The notes: a model not told the origin generated them from the letters alone. A stretch of 64,000 nt of DNA from an uncultured delta proteobacterium (GCA_963752595.1 CAVVYZ010000001.1:256001-320000); one strand, 5' to 3'; counted from the first letter of the stretch, positions 1 to 11,693 are shown. Made by a program: numbers and translations.

Positions 1-192
1 AACGTCACCAATTTCGGGGCCTTCGTGGATATCGGCGTTCACCAGGACGGCCTCGTGCATATCAGCCGGCTTGCAGACCGTTTCGTCAAGGATCCGAATG
101 ACGTGGTCAAGGTCAACCAGAAGGTCCGCGTGAGGGTGCTCGATGTCGATGTAAAGCGCAAGCGCATCTCCCTTTCCATGAAGAAACAGTGA
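1..192 (+). CDS. tex: C-terminal S1 RNA-binding domain of a Tex-family protein (partial, runs off window)
   Basis: Frame 1 reads [63 protein letters not shown], typical of the Tex S1 domain. Confidence 0.8.
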   Translation, partial: NVTNFGAFVDIGVHQDGLVHISRLADRFVKDPNDVVKVNQKVRVRVLDVDVKRKRISLSMKKQ

Positions 193-615
193 CGCCTGCA
201 ACGGGGAAGCGAATATTGAAAAATTGCAGCGCACGCCCATAGTTAATAGTAAGCGGGTCGTCCATTCACTTTTTTTGACTTTCTTTGCTGAGCAAAGGAC
301 ACGGTTTTTCCGGACAGGGATGTCGCTCTTGGGATTTGCCCCGGGTGATCCGGGTTCATGACAGTCGTTTTGTAAGTGCCGCTTCGTTCATCAGTGGGAA
401 GACAGACGTGTCCGTGGATTATGGATAAAAATCACCGGAGGTTACTGTTGTGGAAAAGACAAAGATACGGATTGAATATAATCCTCTGAAATATCCCGAA
501 GAAATAACGGTAAAGAGATGGCCTGATTGGATAAGGAAGCATGCACGGCCGTCCGGAGACGCCGTATGCAGGAGAGTCATTTTTTTATGGAGGCCGGGTT
601 TGTCATAGGGGTCCT

Positions 616-1797
616 ATGAATTCCCAGACTGCCGTGCTGACACCTATCAGACGCCATGATGTCGACTGGCTGAAAGTACTCTTCCTCTACATTCTCTTCG
701 CCTTCCAGGCATCCAGAGTTTTCGATACGGAAATGAATTCGCACGGGAGCAGCCGGATTCTTTCCTCCGGCTTCAATTATGTCGGCTTTTTCACTTCCCA
801 GTGGTATATGCCTTTTGTCTTTCTGGTCTCCGGGTGGTCGAGGAAGAATGCGATGCAGCTCCAATCAGGGCTCGGCCTGCTCCGTGAGAGGCTGCTGCGG
901 TTGATCATTCCTTTTGCAACGGGATTTGTCCTTCTGATTCCTTTCTCCATCTATGGGGGCATGGCAGGAGGCCTTTCCATCGGCAGGCCGGGGCCTTCCA
1001 TACCGGACGCTGCCCTTCAACCATTTCTGTTCAGCGCTGAGCCGGTCATATTCAACCGGCCTGATACCTTTGCCTGGTCTTATCTCTTGTTTCTCCTCTA
1101 CCTTTTTGTCTTTACCATCCTGTCCTGGCCTTTCTTTACCTGGCTCATAGCCAGGAAAGTCACACCCTTGAAGATAAGCAGGATCTGGGTCTATCTGCCG
1201 ATCGTACCGCTCATGCTCATCCAGATGAGCCTGGGGGAATATCTGCCCGACCAAAGGGGCATCCTGGGCAGCTGGATCATGCTCCTGTATTTCTTCGCAT
1301 ACTTCATTCTGGGCTTCATCATATCCCGTTATAATGCATACGAACGGGCAATTCACCAGGAAGCCCGGTATGCAGGCGCCTTGGGCCTGGCGCTGTTCAT
1401 CATCATCATGATGACTTCCTCGAACCTTCCGGAGCAGATCTTCCCCATCGTTACACCCATAGCAAGCTGGTGCTGCGCCGTGGGCCTCCTGGGATTTGCA
1501 AAAAGCTACCTCGATGCACCATCTTCATGGTTATTCTACCTGATGGAGGCGTCCTTGCCGGTATTTATCCTTCACCAGGTATTCATAGTGCTCGTCGCCT
1601 CCGTCATGAACGGGCTCATGATCGGAACGAGCGCCAGGTTTATGGGTCTGCTCCTGGTATCTTTAGGGATGAGCATCATGTTTTACCATGTTCTTGTCCG
1701 CAGGTTCGCCCTTACCAGAATAATTTTCGGGATGAGGGTTGCAAAAGAGCCCGTAGAAGCATGGAAGGATCAGGTATTTCACCGGGATCACCTGTGA
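616..1797 (+). CDS. Acyltransferase-3 family membrane protein (OpgC/MdoC-like)
   Basis: RRHDVDWLKV N-terminal motif, MPFVFLVSG, ERLLRLIIPF, SLPVFILHQ and many TM segments; start at ATG 616 chosen by motif position. Confidence 0.75.
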   Translation: MNSQTAVLTPIRRHDVDWLKVLFLYILFAFQASRVFDTEMNSHGSSRILSSGFNYVGFFTSQWYMPFVFLVSGWSRKNAMQLQSGLGLLRERLLRLIIPFATGFVLLIPFSIYGGMAGGLSIGRPGPSIPDAALQPFLFSAEPVIFNRPDTFAWSYLLFLLYLFVFTILSWPFFTWLIARKVTPLKISRIWVYLPIVPLMLIQMSLGEYLPDQRGILGSWIMLLYFFAYFILGFIISRYNAYERAIHQEARYAGALGLALFIIIMMTSSNLPEQIFPIVTPIASWCCAVGLLGFAKSYLDAPSSWLFYLMEASLPVFILHQVFIVLVASVMNGLMIGTSARFMGLLLVSLGMSIMFYHVLVRRFALTRIIFGMRVAKEPVEAWKDQVFHRDHL

Positions 1798-1898
1798 TGT
1801 CCGGGAGGTTCCTCTGCATTGCAGCAAAGACTATTACCTTGGGTTCCCCCGGAAATATCTCTTGTGAACGATTGAAAATTCTGGCTTTTATGGAAGGC

Positions 1899-3083
1899 AT
1901 GGCGGAGATCATTCTGAATCCATCACGGGGAAAGTCTCTTATCCAGCACCATCCATGGATATTTTCGGGCGCTGTTCAAAAAGTGCGGGGCAAGCCCGGG
2001 CAGGGCGAAACGGTCGAGGTCGTCTCATCCGATGGCGCCTGGCTCGGACGGGGTGCATATTCGCCCGAGTCACAGATCAGGGTGCGCATCTGGACCTTTG
2101 ACCCGCAAGTGAAGATCGATGCGGATTTTTTCCGCACCCGCCTGGCAGGCTCCCTGGAGGCGCGGCGGGCAATGGGCCTTGAGGCTACGAATGCCGTGCG
2201 GCTCGTCAATTCCGAGTCCGACGGCCTGCCGGGCCTGATCGTCGACCGCTACGCCGAGTATCTGGTATGCCAGTTCCTCACTGCCGGTGCTGAATTCTGG
2301 AAGGAAACTCTTCTCTCCGAACTGCAGAACCTGGTGCCGTGCAGGGGCATCTATGAGCGTTCGGATGCGGATGTCCGGTTCAAGGAAGGGCTTGCGCCCG
2401 TTGCCGGCCGTATTGCCGGAGACGAGCCTCCCGATGCGGTGGAGATCGTGGAGAACGAGTGCCGTTTCCTGGCGGATATCAGGCACGGGCACAAGACGGG
2501 ATTCTACCTCGACCAGCGGGATAACCGGGCATGCCTGGCCCGCTATGCCGAAGGCAAGGAAGTGCTGAACTGTTTTTCCTACACCGGAGGGTTCGCCATG
2601 GCGGCGCTCAAGGCCGGCGCTGTGCGGGCCGTAAATATCGACTCCTCCCGGAGCGCCCTTGAGCTGGCTGCCCGCAATGCAGGGCTCAACGGGTTCGATC
2701 CGGGAGCCATGGAGAACACCGAAGCGGACGTTTTCTCCCTGCTTCGCCTTTACCGCGATTCGAGGAGGAGTTTCGACATCATCGTCCTCGACCCGCCGAA
2801 ATTCGCGGAATCCCGCAGTCAGATAGCACGGGCGAGCAGGGGGTACAAGGACATCAACCTGCTTGCATTCAAGCTCCTGCGGCCGGGCGGTCTCCTGTTC
2901 ACCTTCTCCTGCTCGGGCCTCATGGAGCAGGGCCTTTTTCAGAAGATCGTCGCCGATGCAGCCCTTGATGCAGGACGCGAGGCGCGCATCATCCGCCGGC
3001 TCACCCAATCGTCCGACCACCCGGCGTCGCTCAATTTCCCCGAGGCTAGCTACTTAAAAGGGCTCGTCTGCCTGGTAAAATAG
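1899..3083 (+). CDS. rlmI: 23S rRNA m5C1962 methyltransferase RlmI family
   Basis: HPWIFSG PUA region, SESDGLPGLIVDRY, GHKTGFYLDQRDNR, VLNCFSYTGGF, IVLDPPKF, YLKG motifs. Confidence 0.9.
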   Translation: MAEIILNPSRGKSLIQHHPWIFSGAVQKVRGKPGQGETVEVVSSDGAWLGRGAYSPESQIRVRIWTFDPQVKIDADFFRTRLAGSLEARRAMGLEATNAVRLVNSESDGLPGLIVDRYAEYLVCQFLTAGAEFWKETLLSELQNLVPCRGIYERSDADVRFKEGLAPVAGRIAGDEPPDAVEIVENECRFLADIRHGHKTGFYLDQRDNRACLARYAEGKEVLNCFSYTGGFAMAALKAGAVRAVNIDSSRSALELAARNAGLNGFDPGAMENTEADVFSLLRLYRDSRRSFDIIVLDPPKFAESRSQIARASRGYKDINLLAFKLLRPGGLLFTFSCSGLMEQGLFQKIVADAALDAGREARIIRRLTQSSDHPASLNFPEASYLKGLVCLVK

Positions 3084-3289
3084 AGAGGGACTAAAGGGAA
3101 AGCAGGCCTGACTGTTGGCGCTTGCCGATTATGGTTGTCATTCTAAAGCATAACTTTGATGATATTTTCCGAGCTCGCCGGACTTTTTCGACAGTCTCAT
3201 AAGATAGCAGGGCTCTCATCAAAGTTATGCTTTCTGTAATAATTCTGGATTTTTCTTAGCACCGAAAAGTAATGATGTTCGGATAAGAC

Positions 3290-3622
3290 CTAAATAGGAC
3301 GCACGCCTGAAGATCCGTGCTTTGGGTTATCCTTCAAAGGCTTGACCTCTTTCAAAAGCCTTCCATTCAATGAATCCTTGGCAATTTCCAGCTCGTAATG
3401 CGCCTGCAGGTTGATCCAGAGTTCAGGGCTCGTACCGAAAAAGTGAGCAAGGCGCAGAGCCGTGTCAGCAGTGATTGATCTTTTCCCCTGGACTATCTCG
3501 TTAATTCTGCGAGCTGGGACATTGGTATCCTTCGCAAGCCGGTACTGGCTTATTCCCATCGGCTTCAGAAAGTCTTCGAGAAGTATTTCTCCAGGATGTA
3601 TCGGTTTCAATTTCTTATCCAT
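3290..3622 (-). CDS. higA: HigA-family antitoxin (HTH)
   Basis: PIHPGEILLEDFLKPMGISQYRLA...RRINEIVQGKRSITADTALRLAHFFGTSPELWINLQ. Confidence 0.92.
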   Translation of the reverse strand: MDKKLKPIHPGEILLEDFLKPMGISQYRLAKDTNVPARRINEIVQGKRSITADTALRLAHFFGTSPELWINLQAHYELEIAKDSLNGRLLKEVKPLKDNPKHGSSGVRPI

Positions 3623-3632
3623 AGCTTTACCC

Positions 3633-3917
3633 TCACTTGTGGTAGTCTGTTATCTCCACATCATGGGCATTGTTCTCTGTCCACTTGAAGCATATCCGCC
3701 ACTGATCGTTGATTCGTATGCTGTGTTGCCCTTTCCTATCACCATCCAATTGCTCGAGGCGATTGCCTGGCGGTATCCGTAAATCGCTCAGTTTTGCTGC
3801 TGCATGCAGGTACATGAGCTTTCTTTGGGCTACCCTATGGATATCGGCAGGCAGCTTTTGAGAAAATCTTCTGTTGAATATTTTCTCGGTTTCCTTGCAT
3901 GCAAAGCTCGCTATCAT
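3633..3917 (-). CDS. higB: HigB-family toxin (RelE/ParE fold)
   Basis: MIASFACKETEKIF...LRIPPGNRLEQLDGDRKGQHSIRINDQWRICFKW...VEITDYH; toxin upstream of antitoxin as in higBA. Confidence 0.92.
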   Translation of the reverse strand: MIASFACKETEKIFNRRFSQKLPADIHRVAQRKLMYLHAAAKLSDLRIPPGNRLEQLDGDRKGQHSIRINDQWRICFKWTENNAHDVEITDYHK

Positions 3918-3927
3918 CAGTAATAGT

Positions 3928-3964
3928 TAATAATGCATCGCGTTAATAACGTCAAGCGTTATTA
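3928..3964 (-). promoter_or_regulatory. Probable higBA promoter/operator
   Basis: Perfect palindrome TAATAACG-N5-CGTTATTA (3944-3964) overlapping a minus-strand TTGACG, plus a degenerate second copy at 3928-3948. Confidence 0.6.
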
Positions 3965-4470
3965 GTTTTCTTATCGGAAATAAGATATAAGTGGTTAATA
4001 AAAGACTTAAAATCTTTATCCTTCGTCGTTGGAAAGCCCCTCCTTTCAGGGATTGGGGCAGATGGAGTAGCTGAAATCCGATCACGCATCGTCCTGTAGG
4101 ATGGCAACTGCCAGATTAGATCGTAAGAACTTCAAGAAAAGTTATAATCTCTGTAATGGATGGAAAGTTTTAAGGTCTCAAAAGTTATGATCGTTTGAGG
4201 TAATCAACAGTTACCCTGATTTGAAGGTAGCAAAGGGAGATCTATAATCGCTGATCAGAGAGACAGACTTCAGATATCAATCACTATTCAAAATGCTACT
4301 CGATGACAAACTCTTTTGGCATGCCTTTTTTAAGAAAATCTTTGACAAATACTTTTGGCGCTGCCTTTTAACTTATTGATTTTACGATTGAGGGAATGAC
4401 AAGCTTTATTGGCAAATTATACTGTGCATTCAGAATTACGGGGAAGTCTTAAAATCCGGCATGCACCGGC

Positions 4471-6190
4471 TTATCTCCGGCGGTACGTTCTTTTCTTGAT
4501 ATGCGTTTTGGCGACGAGCAGATCCTTCTGCTGCTGCCTGCGAGCTTTGTCTTTCTCCACGAAGATCTGCTCTCCGTCGGCAGGGTTTATCTCCGTGTAG
4601 TACATGACGCCTGACCAGGTGGAGGGCAGGGGCGTGAAGATCTGCACCTGCTCGGGGTTGGTGCGGAGCTCGCCGGTTGCGAAGCTTTTCAGCTTCTCCA
4701 TGTCGTCGAGCGTGCAGCCCGGGTGGGCCGCGATAAGGTAGTAGGTGAGAAACTGCTTTTTGCCGCTTGCGCGGTTGAGCTCGTAGAAGAGATCCTTGAA
4801 GGCGATCAGGCAGTCCTTCCCGGCCTTGCCCATGAGCGTGAGCACGTGCGTCTGAGTGTGCTCGGGCGCGATCTTCATCTGGCCCGACACATGGTGGCCG
4901 ACGAGCTCCCGGAGGTAGCATTCGCCGTATTGAGCGTCTGCCATTACCAGGTCATGCCGGACTCCCGATGCGACAAAGACCTTCTTTACCCCGGGGAGCT
5001 GCTTAAGCTCCCTGAGGAGATCCACCTGCGCCTTGTGGTCGAAGCGCAAGTTTTTGCATATCTCCGGAGAAAGGCACTGCTTGTCCCTGCACCCGAAGGG
5101 ATCCTTCTTCCTGCCGCATGCGAACGCATACATGTTTGCCGTGGGGCCTCCCACATCGGCGATGATGCCCTTGAACTCCGGGTGGCGGACAAGGGTTTTT
5201 GCCTCGCGGATGATGGATTCCCTGGACCTCGATACCACGGCCCGTCCCTGGTGCACGCCGATCGAGCAGAAATTGCACCCGCCGAAGCATCCCCGGTGGG
5301 TGGTGATGGAGAAGCGGATCGTCTCCAGCGCCCGTACGCTCCCCTGCTTCTCATAATAAGGGTGCTGGTCCCGTTCGAACTCCTGCGCATAGAGGTCGTC
5401 GAGCTCGCGGCCCGTCATGCACGGCTGGGGCGGGTTCTGCACCAGGCAGCGGCTATCCTGGAGCTGGCAGAGCTTGCCGGCGCTTCCCGGGTCGCTGTTT
5501 TCGCAGAAGAGCCGGAACATCTCGATAAAGTCCTGTCTGCTGTGAGCGGCTGCATCATACGAAGGGAGCTCTACGGCTTCCGGAGGCTTTTCCTTCGATG
5601 CGAAGCAGATCCCCCTGACCTCATGGAAGTCCTCTCCTCCGGGACAGGCACCGGGAAAGCTCGAGCACGGCCTTTTCGCCCATGCCGTAGACCAGGATGT
5701 CCGCTTTTGCGTCGAACAGGATGGATTTCCGGACGCTGTTCGACCAGTAATCATAGTGGGCTATCCTCCTGGTGCTTGCCTCGATGCCTCCCAGGACGAT
5801 CGGAGAGGTATTTTTGAAGAAGCGCCTGATGAGGTTGGCATAGGCGATCAGTGCGCGGTCGGGCCGCCGGTTGTTCACTCCTCCCGGGGTATAGTCGTCG
5901 CTCTTCCTCCGTTTATCCGATGCCGTGTGATTGGCCACCAGGGAATCGATGCTCCCGGCGCTCAAACCCCAGAAAAGCTTAGGCTCTCCGAGCCTGCCGA
6001 TGTCCGTGTCGGTGTGAATGTCGGGCTGGGCGATGATGCCCACTTTATAGCCGGCCTCCAGGAGCACATGGCCGATGACGGAGATGCCGATGGACGGATG
6101 GTCGATATAGCTGTCGCCCGTAACCAGGATCACATCGGGCCGGTCCCATCCAAGGGCTTCCATCTCCGCTCGTGTCGTAGGGATAAACAT
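4471..6190 (-). CDS. ygiQ: YgiQ-family radical SAM protein (one frameshift near 5630)
   Basis: MFIPTTRAEM..DVILVTGDSYIDHPS N-terminus; HRGCFGGCNFCSI CxxxCxxC motif; DVGGPTANMY; YLIAAHPGC; split over two ORFs. Confidence 0.85.
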
Positions 6191-6381
6191 GATACAGAAA
6201 AGCATAGTGCATTATTGCAGCTCTGGCAATGCCTTAAGGAGAGAGTGATTCATGAAAATATCGGTACAAAAATGTAGTATTAAAGATGAATGACTTTACC
6301 GAATATACCGGGAAGAAGGATTACGGTGGCCGATGGGCACATTGGGCGGTTTCGAAAGCACGGCATATTAAATTTTAAGGT

Positions 6382-6981
6382 GTGTATGCAGAGGCAGAGT
6401 TTAATCACCATGCGCAACTCTTTTTTTATCAGTCATCCTGCTGGCAGCCGGATGCGTATCCGGTGCCCCAGAGAATTCAGGAAAGCATTTCTCCGTTCGA
6501 CGGTGCAAGGGAGGTCTCTCTGGAGCCGTCCATCGTGTGTCAGATAAAGGGCTCGGAGCCGTGCTTCATCCGTCTCGGACTGTTCAAGCGGTCGACCATG
6601 CGTCCCGACAGCGTAATCCTTGTTGTCGTGGTCAATGGAATGAATTCCATCGCCGAAGGGGAGTCGCTCCATTTCAACATCGACGGCGAGATCATAGAAT
6701 TCGATTCCATTGACAAGAAAACGCAGTATGAAATAGGCAAAGGCCCTCACACCGCGGGGACAGCCCTCTGCGGACCTTCGGCGAGCTGCTCGGCAAAGAG
6801 ATACCTGGTCACAAAAGATTTTCTGAAAAAGCTGCTTCAGGCAGACAGGGTTGCGGTCAGGGTCGACCTTGCCAAAGGATACCTGGGAGGCCTCCTCCTG
6901 AAAGACAACCCGGCGCTTGCATTACCCGCTTTCAGCGAATTCTATGAGCGCGTGTTCGGCCCCGTTGCCGGCAGGAAATGA
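6382..6981 (+). CDS. Hypothetical protein
   Basis: 199-aa ORF filling the intergenic space; no family recognised; start uncertain. Confidence 0.5.
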   Translation: MYAEAEFNHHAQLFFYQSSCWQPDAYPVPQRIQESISPFDGAREVSLEPSIVCQIKGSEPCFIRLGLFKRSTMRPDSVILVVVVNGMNSIAEGESLHFNIDGEIIEFDSIDKKTQYEIGKGPHTAGTALCGPSASCSAKRYLVTKDFLKKLLQADRVAVRVDLAKGYLGGLLLKDNPALALPAFSEFYERVFGPVAGRK

Positions 6982-7083
6982 CCGCAAAAGACCAGGCCGG
7001 TATCTCTTTATTCAAGACTTGAAACATTTATTCAAATGGGACACCATAGGGAAGGCTTAAGCACTTTATGATATGAGGCGGGA

Positions 7084-7749
7084 ATGCGGATCCTTGTAAT
7101 CGAAGATGAGAAGAAGGTTGCCGAATTCATCAGAAACGGTCTGGCCGAGGAGGGTTATGCCGTGGATACGGCTTATGAGGGAGACCAGGGCTATTTCCTC
7201 GCTGCAACCAATGATTATGATGCGATCCTGCTCGACATTCTGCTGCCGAAGATGGACGGCATCACCTTATGCACGAAGCTTAAGTCCGAAGGCAACCAGA
7301 CGCCGATCCTCATGCTTACCGCAAAGGACGCGGTAAAGGACAAGGTCAGGGGTCTTGACGCAGGTGCGGATGACTATCTTACGAAACCCTTCGCCTTCGA
7401 GGAACTCCTGGCACGGATACGGGCATCGCTCCGCAAGAAATATGTGCACCAGGATGCGATGCTGCAGGTTGACGATCTGATGCTGGATACCATAACCCAC
7501 ACCGCGGTCAGGGCGGGCGAAGCGATCCCCTTGAGCATCAAGGAATATGCCCTGCTCGAATACCTCATGAGAAATGCCGGGGCCGTGGTAACCCGGACCA
7601 TGATCGCAGAGCATGTCTGGGACATCAATTTCGAGACGTTCACAAATGTGATCGATGTCTACATCAGCTATCTCAGGAACAAGATAGACAAAGGTTATGA
7701 TAAGCCGCTCATCCACACGGTGCGCGGCAGGGGATACAGTATATCCTAA
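7084..7749 (+). CDS. OmpR/CusR-family response regulator
   Basis: MRILVIEDE, LLDILLP, GLDAGADDYLTKPF, wHTH end IHTVRGRGY. Confidence 0.92.
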   Translation: MRILVIEDEKKVAEFIRNGLAEEGYAVDTAYEGDQGYFLAATNDYDAILLDILLPKMDGITLCTKLKSEGNQTPILMLTAKDAVKDKVRGLDAGADDYLTKPFAFEELLARIRASLRKKYVHQDAMLQVDDLMLDTITHTAVRAGEAIPLSIKEYALLEYLMRNAGAVVTRTMIAEHVWDINFETFTNVIDVYISYLRNKIDKGYDKPLIHTVRGRGYSIS

Positions 7750-7759
7750 AAAGTATGAG

Positions 7760-9284
7760 ATGACCAAGTCCATCAGGCTGAAGTTCATTTTCTGGTACAC
7801 CACCATCCTTGCCGTGACCTTTTCCCTGTTTGCAATCATGCTCTACTATCCATGTGAGCGACAGCCTGAAGAACGAGCTCGATAACGTGTTGCTCACCAA
7901 GGCAGAGGGCATAGCACGGTCGATCAACACCTACTGGGAGATCGAGAAGATGGATGCCCTGAAACACGGCGCAGCAAAGGACATCTTCAGAAAAGTCAAC
8001 AATCTGAACTTCCACAAGATAGCACGACGCTGGGTTGAGGAGCGCTCGAACGATTCCGAACTTATGGATATCATAGTGCAGATCTATAAGCCCGATGGCG
8101 AACTCATTACGAATTCCCCGAATTCGCCTTTGCTTCTGAATATATCCCCGCAGGCGCTGAAAAGCCTCGAAGCTAAAACGGTATTTTATGAAGAAAGGAA
8201 ATTGCCGGTGGATGACGGCAACGGGCTCGATCTCCGGGTGCTCCGGATTCCCGTGCTCGAAGACGGCAAGACCGCCTATATCGTACAGGTTGCGAGCCCG
8301 CTGAATTCTTTCCGGACAGCCATGAACCGTTTGAAGCTCATTCTTTTCTTCCTGCTTCCCATTACAGTCATCACGGCCGGGGTATTCGCCGGAAAATTCC
8401 TTGCAAGCATTACGCTGAAGCCTTTGAAAAATATGATCGAGACCGCCCGGCAGATCACTGCTGAAAACATGGGCCTCCGCATTTCGGTGCCGGAATCCAA
8501 AGACGAGATCCGGGAACTGGCTGAGACCTTCAACGACATGCTGGGAAAGATCCAGCATGTGCTCATCTCCCAGAGGCAGTTCGTTCAGGATATTTCCCAC
8601 GAGCTGAGGACGCCCATGACGATCATGCGGGGCGAGCTGGAGGTTGCCCTCAAGAGGAGGCGTACCCCCGAGGAATATCAATCGATCCTTGCGAGCAGCC
8701 TCGATGAGACAAAAAAGATAGGGAAGCTTCTTGAAGATCTCCTGTCTCTAGCACGCTTTGACACCAGTTCTGCCGCATTAGCCAGGGAAGCGGAGGATAT
8801 TTCATCGGTCATAAAGGAAATCGTTGATGATATGAGGCACCTCGCTCAGCCCAAAGGGATTGAGATCGATCTCATCAGCACTGCCGGGCTCATGCTCTCG
8901 ATTGATAAACCTAAGATCATGCGGTGTTTCATCAACATCATCGACAATGCCATAAAATATACCCCTGAGAACGGCAGGATCGCTGTCAGGGTTGCGCAGG
9001 AAAATCAATCTGTTGTGATCGTCATATCAGATACGGGGATCGGCATTCCCGAGACAGATCTCCCTCATATCTTCAATCGTTTCTATCAGGTGGACAAATC
9101 GCGCAGCAGTCAAGGATTCGGGCTGGGATTGAGCATCGCACGGTCGGTCATCGAGGCCCACGGGGGCAGCATCACGGTCCAGAGCACAGAGAATCGCGGC
9201 ACGAGTTTCCTCATCTCGTTCCCCTTAAGAAGCCCTGCTTCCGAACGTATGCATGCAGTCTCATACCCCCGGACGGTTGCGTGA
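7760..9284 (+). CDS. HAMP-domain sensor histidine kinase (frameshift near 7850)
   Basis: Two TM segments, HAMP, H-box DISHELRTP, N-box NIIDNAIKY, G1 DTGIGI, G2 GFGLGLSI; the N-terminus MTKSIRLKFIFWY lies in another frame. Confidence 0.88.
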
Positions 9285-9419
9285 ACCTTATACATCTCCA
9301 TCCCTGACCCGGTTGCGCCTTTTATGAGAACTTTTCTAATATTCATTTAATAATAGCTTAATACTTTTTATGTAATGGGTTCGTGCATGAATAAACATAC
9401 CAACGAGGAGGAATCAAAA

Positions 9420-9962
9420 ATGAAGAGAATTATCAGTTTGGTCGCAGTGGTAACATTTGTATGCTTCACTTCAATGGCCTTTGCCAAGAACGAAGCCAAG
9501 ACAGCGGTACCTGACGCAGGGAAGAAAGAAGCAGTAAAGGTAGAAGCAGCGAAGACGGATGCAGCGAAGCCCGCAGTCGTGGAAGCGGACAAGGTGAAGG
9601 CAGACGCAGCCAAGCCCGCAGCCGAAGAAGCAGCCAAGGCGGCGGCACCCGGCGCAGAAAAGAAAGATGCAGCAAAAGTGGAAAAGGTGAAAGCCGATGC
9701 GGCAAAACCTGCAGAAGCAGCCAAGGTGGAAGCCCCGAAGGCCGATGCAGTAAAGCCCGCAGCTGAAGCCGCAGTCGTAACAGGCAAGATCAAAAAGATC
9801 GATACTGCAAAGAATGAAATCGTGGTAAAGGAAAAGAAGGATTCGAAGACCGTTGCCGTTACTCCCGAACAGATCGGCACGTTGAAGAAAGGCCGGAAGG
9901 TTATCATCACTCTGGCCCCGGGCACCAATAAAGCAGAGAAGATCGAAGACGTAAAAAAATAG
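9420..9962 (+). CDS. Secreted Ala/Lys-rich low-complexity protein with C-terminal OB-fold-like domain
   Basis: GAGGAGG RBS, signal peptide, internal KVKADAAKPA-like repeats, VTGKIKKID...LKKGRKV tail. Confidence 0.75.
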   Translation: MKRIISLVAVVTFVCFTSMAFAKNEAKTAVPDAGKKEAVKVEAAKTDAAKPAVVEADKVKADAAKPAAEEAAKAAAPGAEKKDAAKVEKVKADAAKPAEAAKVEAPKADAVKPAAEAAVVTGKIKKIDTAKNEIVVKEKKDSKTVAVTPEQIGTLKKGRKVIITLAPGTNKAEKIEDVKK

Positions 9963-9984
9963 GGAATAGGACGAGGTAAAATTC

Positions 9985-10383
9985 ATGAGGAGGATGAAAA
10001 AGCACGTGCTGATGTTAGGCGCCCTTTTGGTTCTCGCTTCTTCCTGCTACGGCCGGGATGCCCTCCCGGCCGTGCAGAAGGGGGAAACCCATCCTCCTCT
10101 CTCTCATAAGCCCGAGATCGTATCTTCCGAAATCATAGGCCTTGTGGAATCTGTTATCCTGGCTGACCCGGCAAAGGGCGCACGTCCTGAGATTTCCATC
10201 ATCGATGCAGAGGGGAAAAAGTACACCTTTATCGTCGAATCAACCACGACGATTTATGGATCTGACTGGAAGGCAATAACCCTGGATAAACTGGAAAAAG
10301 GCCGGAAGGTGAGGATCAGGTATACCACCACAAAAGAAAAATTCCTGATAGCGCTGTCCATAAAGCCGGTGATCGATCAATAA
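9985..10383 (+). CDS. Putative exported OB-fold-like protein
   Basis: Signal-peptide-like N-terminus; ITLDKLEKGRKVRIRY resembles the tail of the upstream protein. Confidence 0.65.
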   Translation: MRRMKKHVLMLGALLVLASSCYGRDALPAVQKGETHPPLSHKPEIVSSEIIGLVESVILADPAKGARPEISIIDAEGKKYTFIVESTTTIYGSDWKAITLDKLEKGRKVRIRYTTTKEKFLIALSIKPVIDQ

Positions 10384-10891
10384 GATACTGCACCTCCCGG
10401 TTTAAAAAATATCCCTGATACCTCCAATATTTTTCCTTGACTCGAATATTTTAAAGATTAATATGGAAACGGGGGAGGGCAGGAAGCCCGATACGTAACG
10501 GCATCATAATCCGGTAAAAGAGCCGGCAACAATGTAATTGTATTTTCGCAAAACCCGGATTGCGAGATTTTCATGAAGCTTTGAGGAGCAGCGACACGAA
10601 TCATTCCCTCCCCCTCCATGTATTCCCCGCGTTGCAATCAATCCTGCCGTAACGCAAGCGTTCCCTGTGCCGCTGATATCGAATAAACCGCCGCCGTCTT
10701 TGCAGCATGGGCAAGGCTGTTTTGTCGCCTGTTCAATCCTTCATTGGTTGAAACCCTGTACGGGCTCACCTATCTTTACTTTTAGGGGCATAGGGCTGCA
10801 ATAAAGGACAAGGCCCGGGAATGACCATCCCCATATTGATAAATTCCTCGCATTCCGCTAGAGTTGCAGGCAGCAGATAAAACGGGCATCC

Positions 10892-11635
10892 ATGAAAAGG
10901 CTTCCGGGAATTCTCTTATGCATCATCCTCCTTGCGCCTGCGTATGTATACGCAGGGCTGGAACTGCCTGCATTTTCCAAATCCGACCAGATCATCAGGC
11001 ATACGGCTTTTACTCTCTGCTACTGCGACCGGTACGAGCAGGCCCAGTGGGCTGCCTATGTATTGACTTCAGCTATGATCACGGCAAAGGGCACCCGCCG
11101 CAGTAACGACTTCAGGCCTGACCCAATGGTGAAGACAGGTACGGCCACGCCCGAAGACTACAGGAAAAGCGGCTACGACAAAGGCCACCTGGTGCCTGCA
11201 AACGATATGAAGGCTTCTCCTCAATGCATGAGCGAGACCTTTTACATGTCGAACATGAGCCCCCAGGTGCCTGCATTCAACCGCGGCATCTGGAAGAAGC
11301 TGGAAGAGCAGGTAAGGCGGTGGGCCGGGGAAAACGAAGAGGTATACGTGGTGACCGGCCCGGTCCTCACCGATGACGGCTTTGCGGTCATCGGGCTGAA
11401 AAGGGTTGCCGTGCCGTTCCGATACTACAAGGTAATCCTGGACTACCGGGAGCCCGGGCTCAAGGCTATCGGATTCATTATCCCGAACCGCAAGTCAAAT
11501 ACCGACCTGGAGGCCTATGCCGTCACGGTCGACGAGGTCGAGGAGGTTACCGGCATCGATTTCTTCCCCGAGCTTCCTGCGTCCGTGGAAGAGCAGCTCG
11601 AATCAAAAATAGAGCTCGAGAAATGGTTTCATTAA
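10892..11635 (+). CDS. Secreted DNA/RNA non-specific endonuclease (NucA/EndoG family)
   Basis: Signal peptide; SGYDKGHLVPA (DRGH-type), ETFYMSNMSPQ, FNRGIWKKLE, TGIDFF. Confidence 0.9.
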   Translation: MKRLPGILLCIILLAPAYVYAGLELPAFSKSDQIIRHTAFTLCYCDRYEQAQWAAYVLTSAMITAKGTRRSNDFRPDPMVKTGTATPEDYRKSGYDKGHLVPANDMKASPQCMSETFYMSNMSPQVPAFNRGIWKKLEEQVRRWAGENEEVYVVTGPVLTDDGFAVIGLKRVAVPFRYYKVILDYREPGLKAIGFIIPNRKSNTDLEAYAVTVDEVEEVTGIDFFPELPASVEEQLESKIELEKWFH

Positions 11636-11693
11636 AATCATTATTTGATTCCTATGGTTAAAAGTGCCTATAGTGATATTGTGGAGGTTGATC

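Noticed and set aside
4030-4075. AAGCCCCTCCTTTCAGGG...GGGG resembling an IS200/IS605 end in an AT-rich gap
   Set aside because: Short and degenerate, with no tnpA/tnpB nearby; cannot be supported
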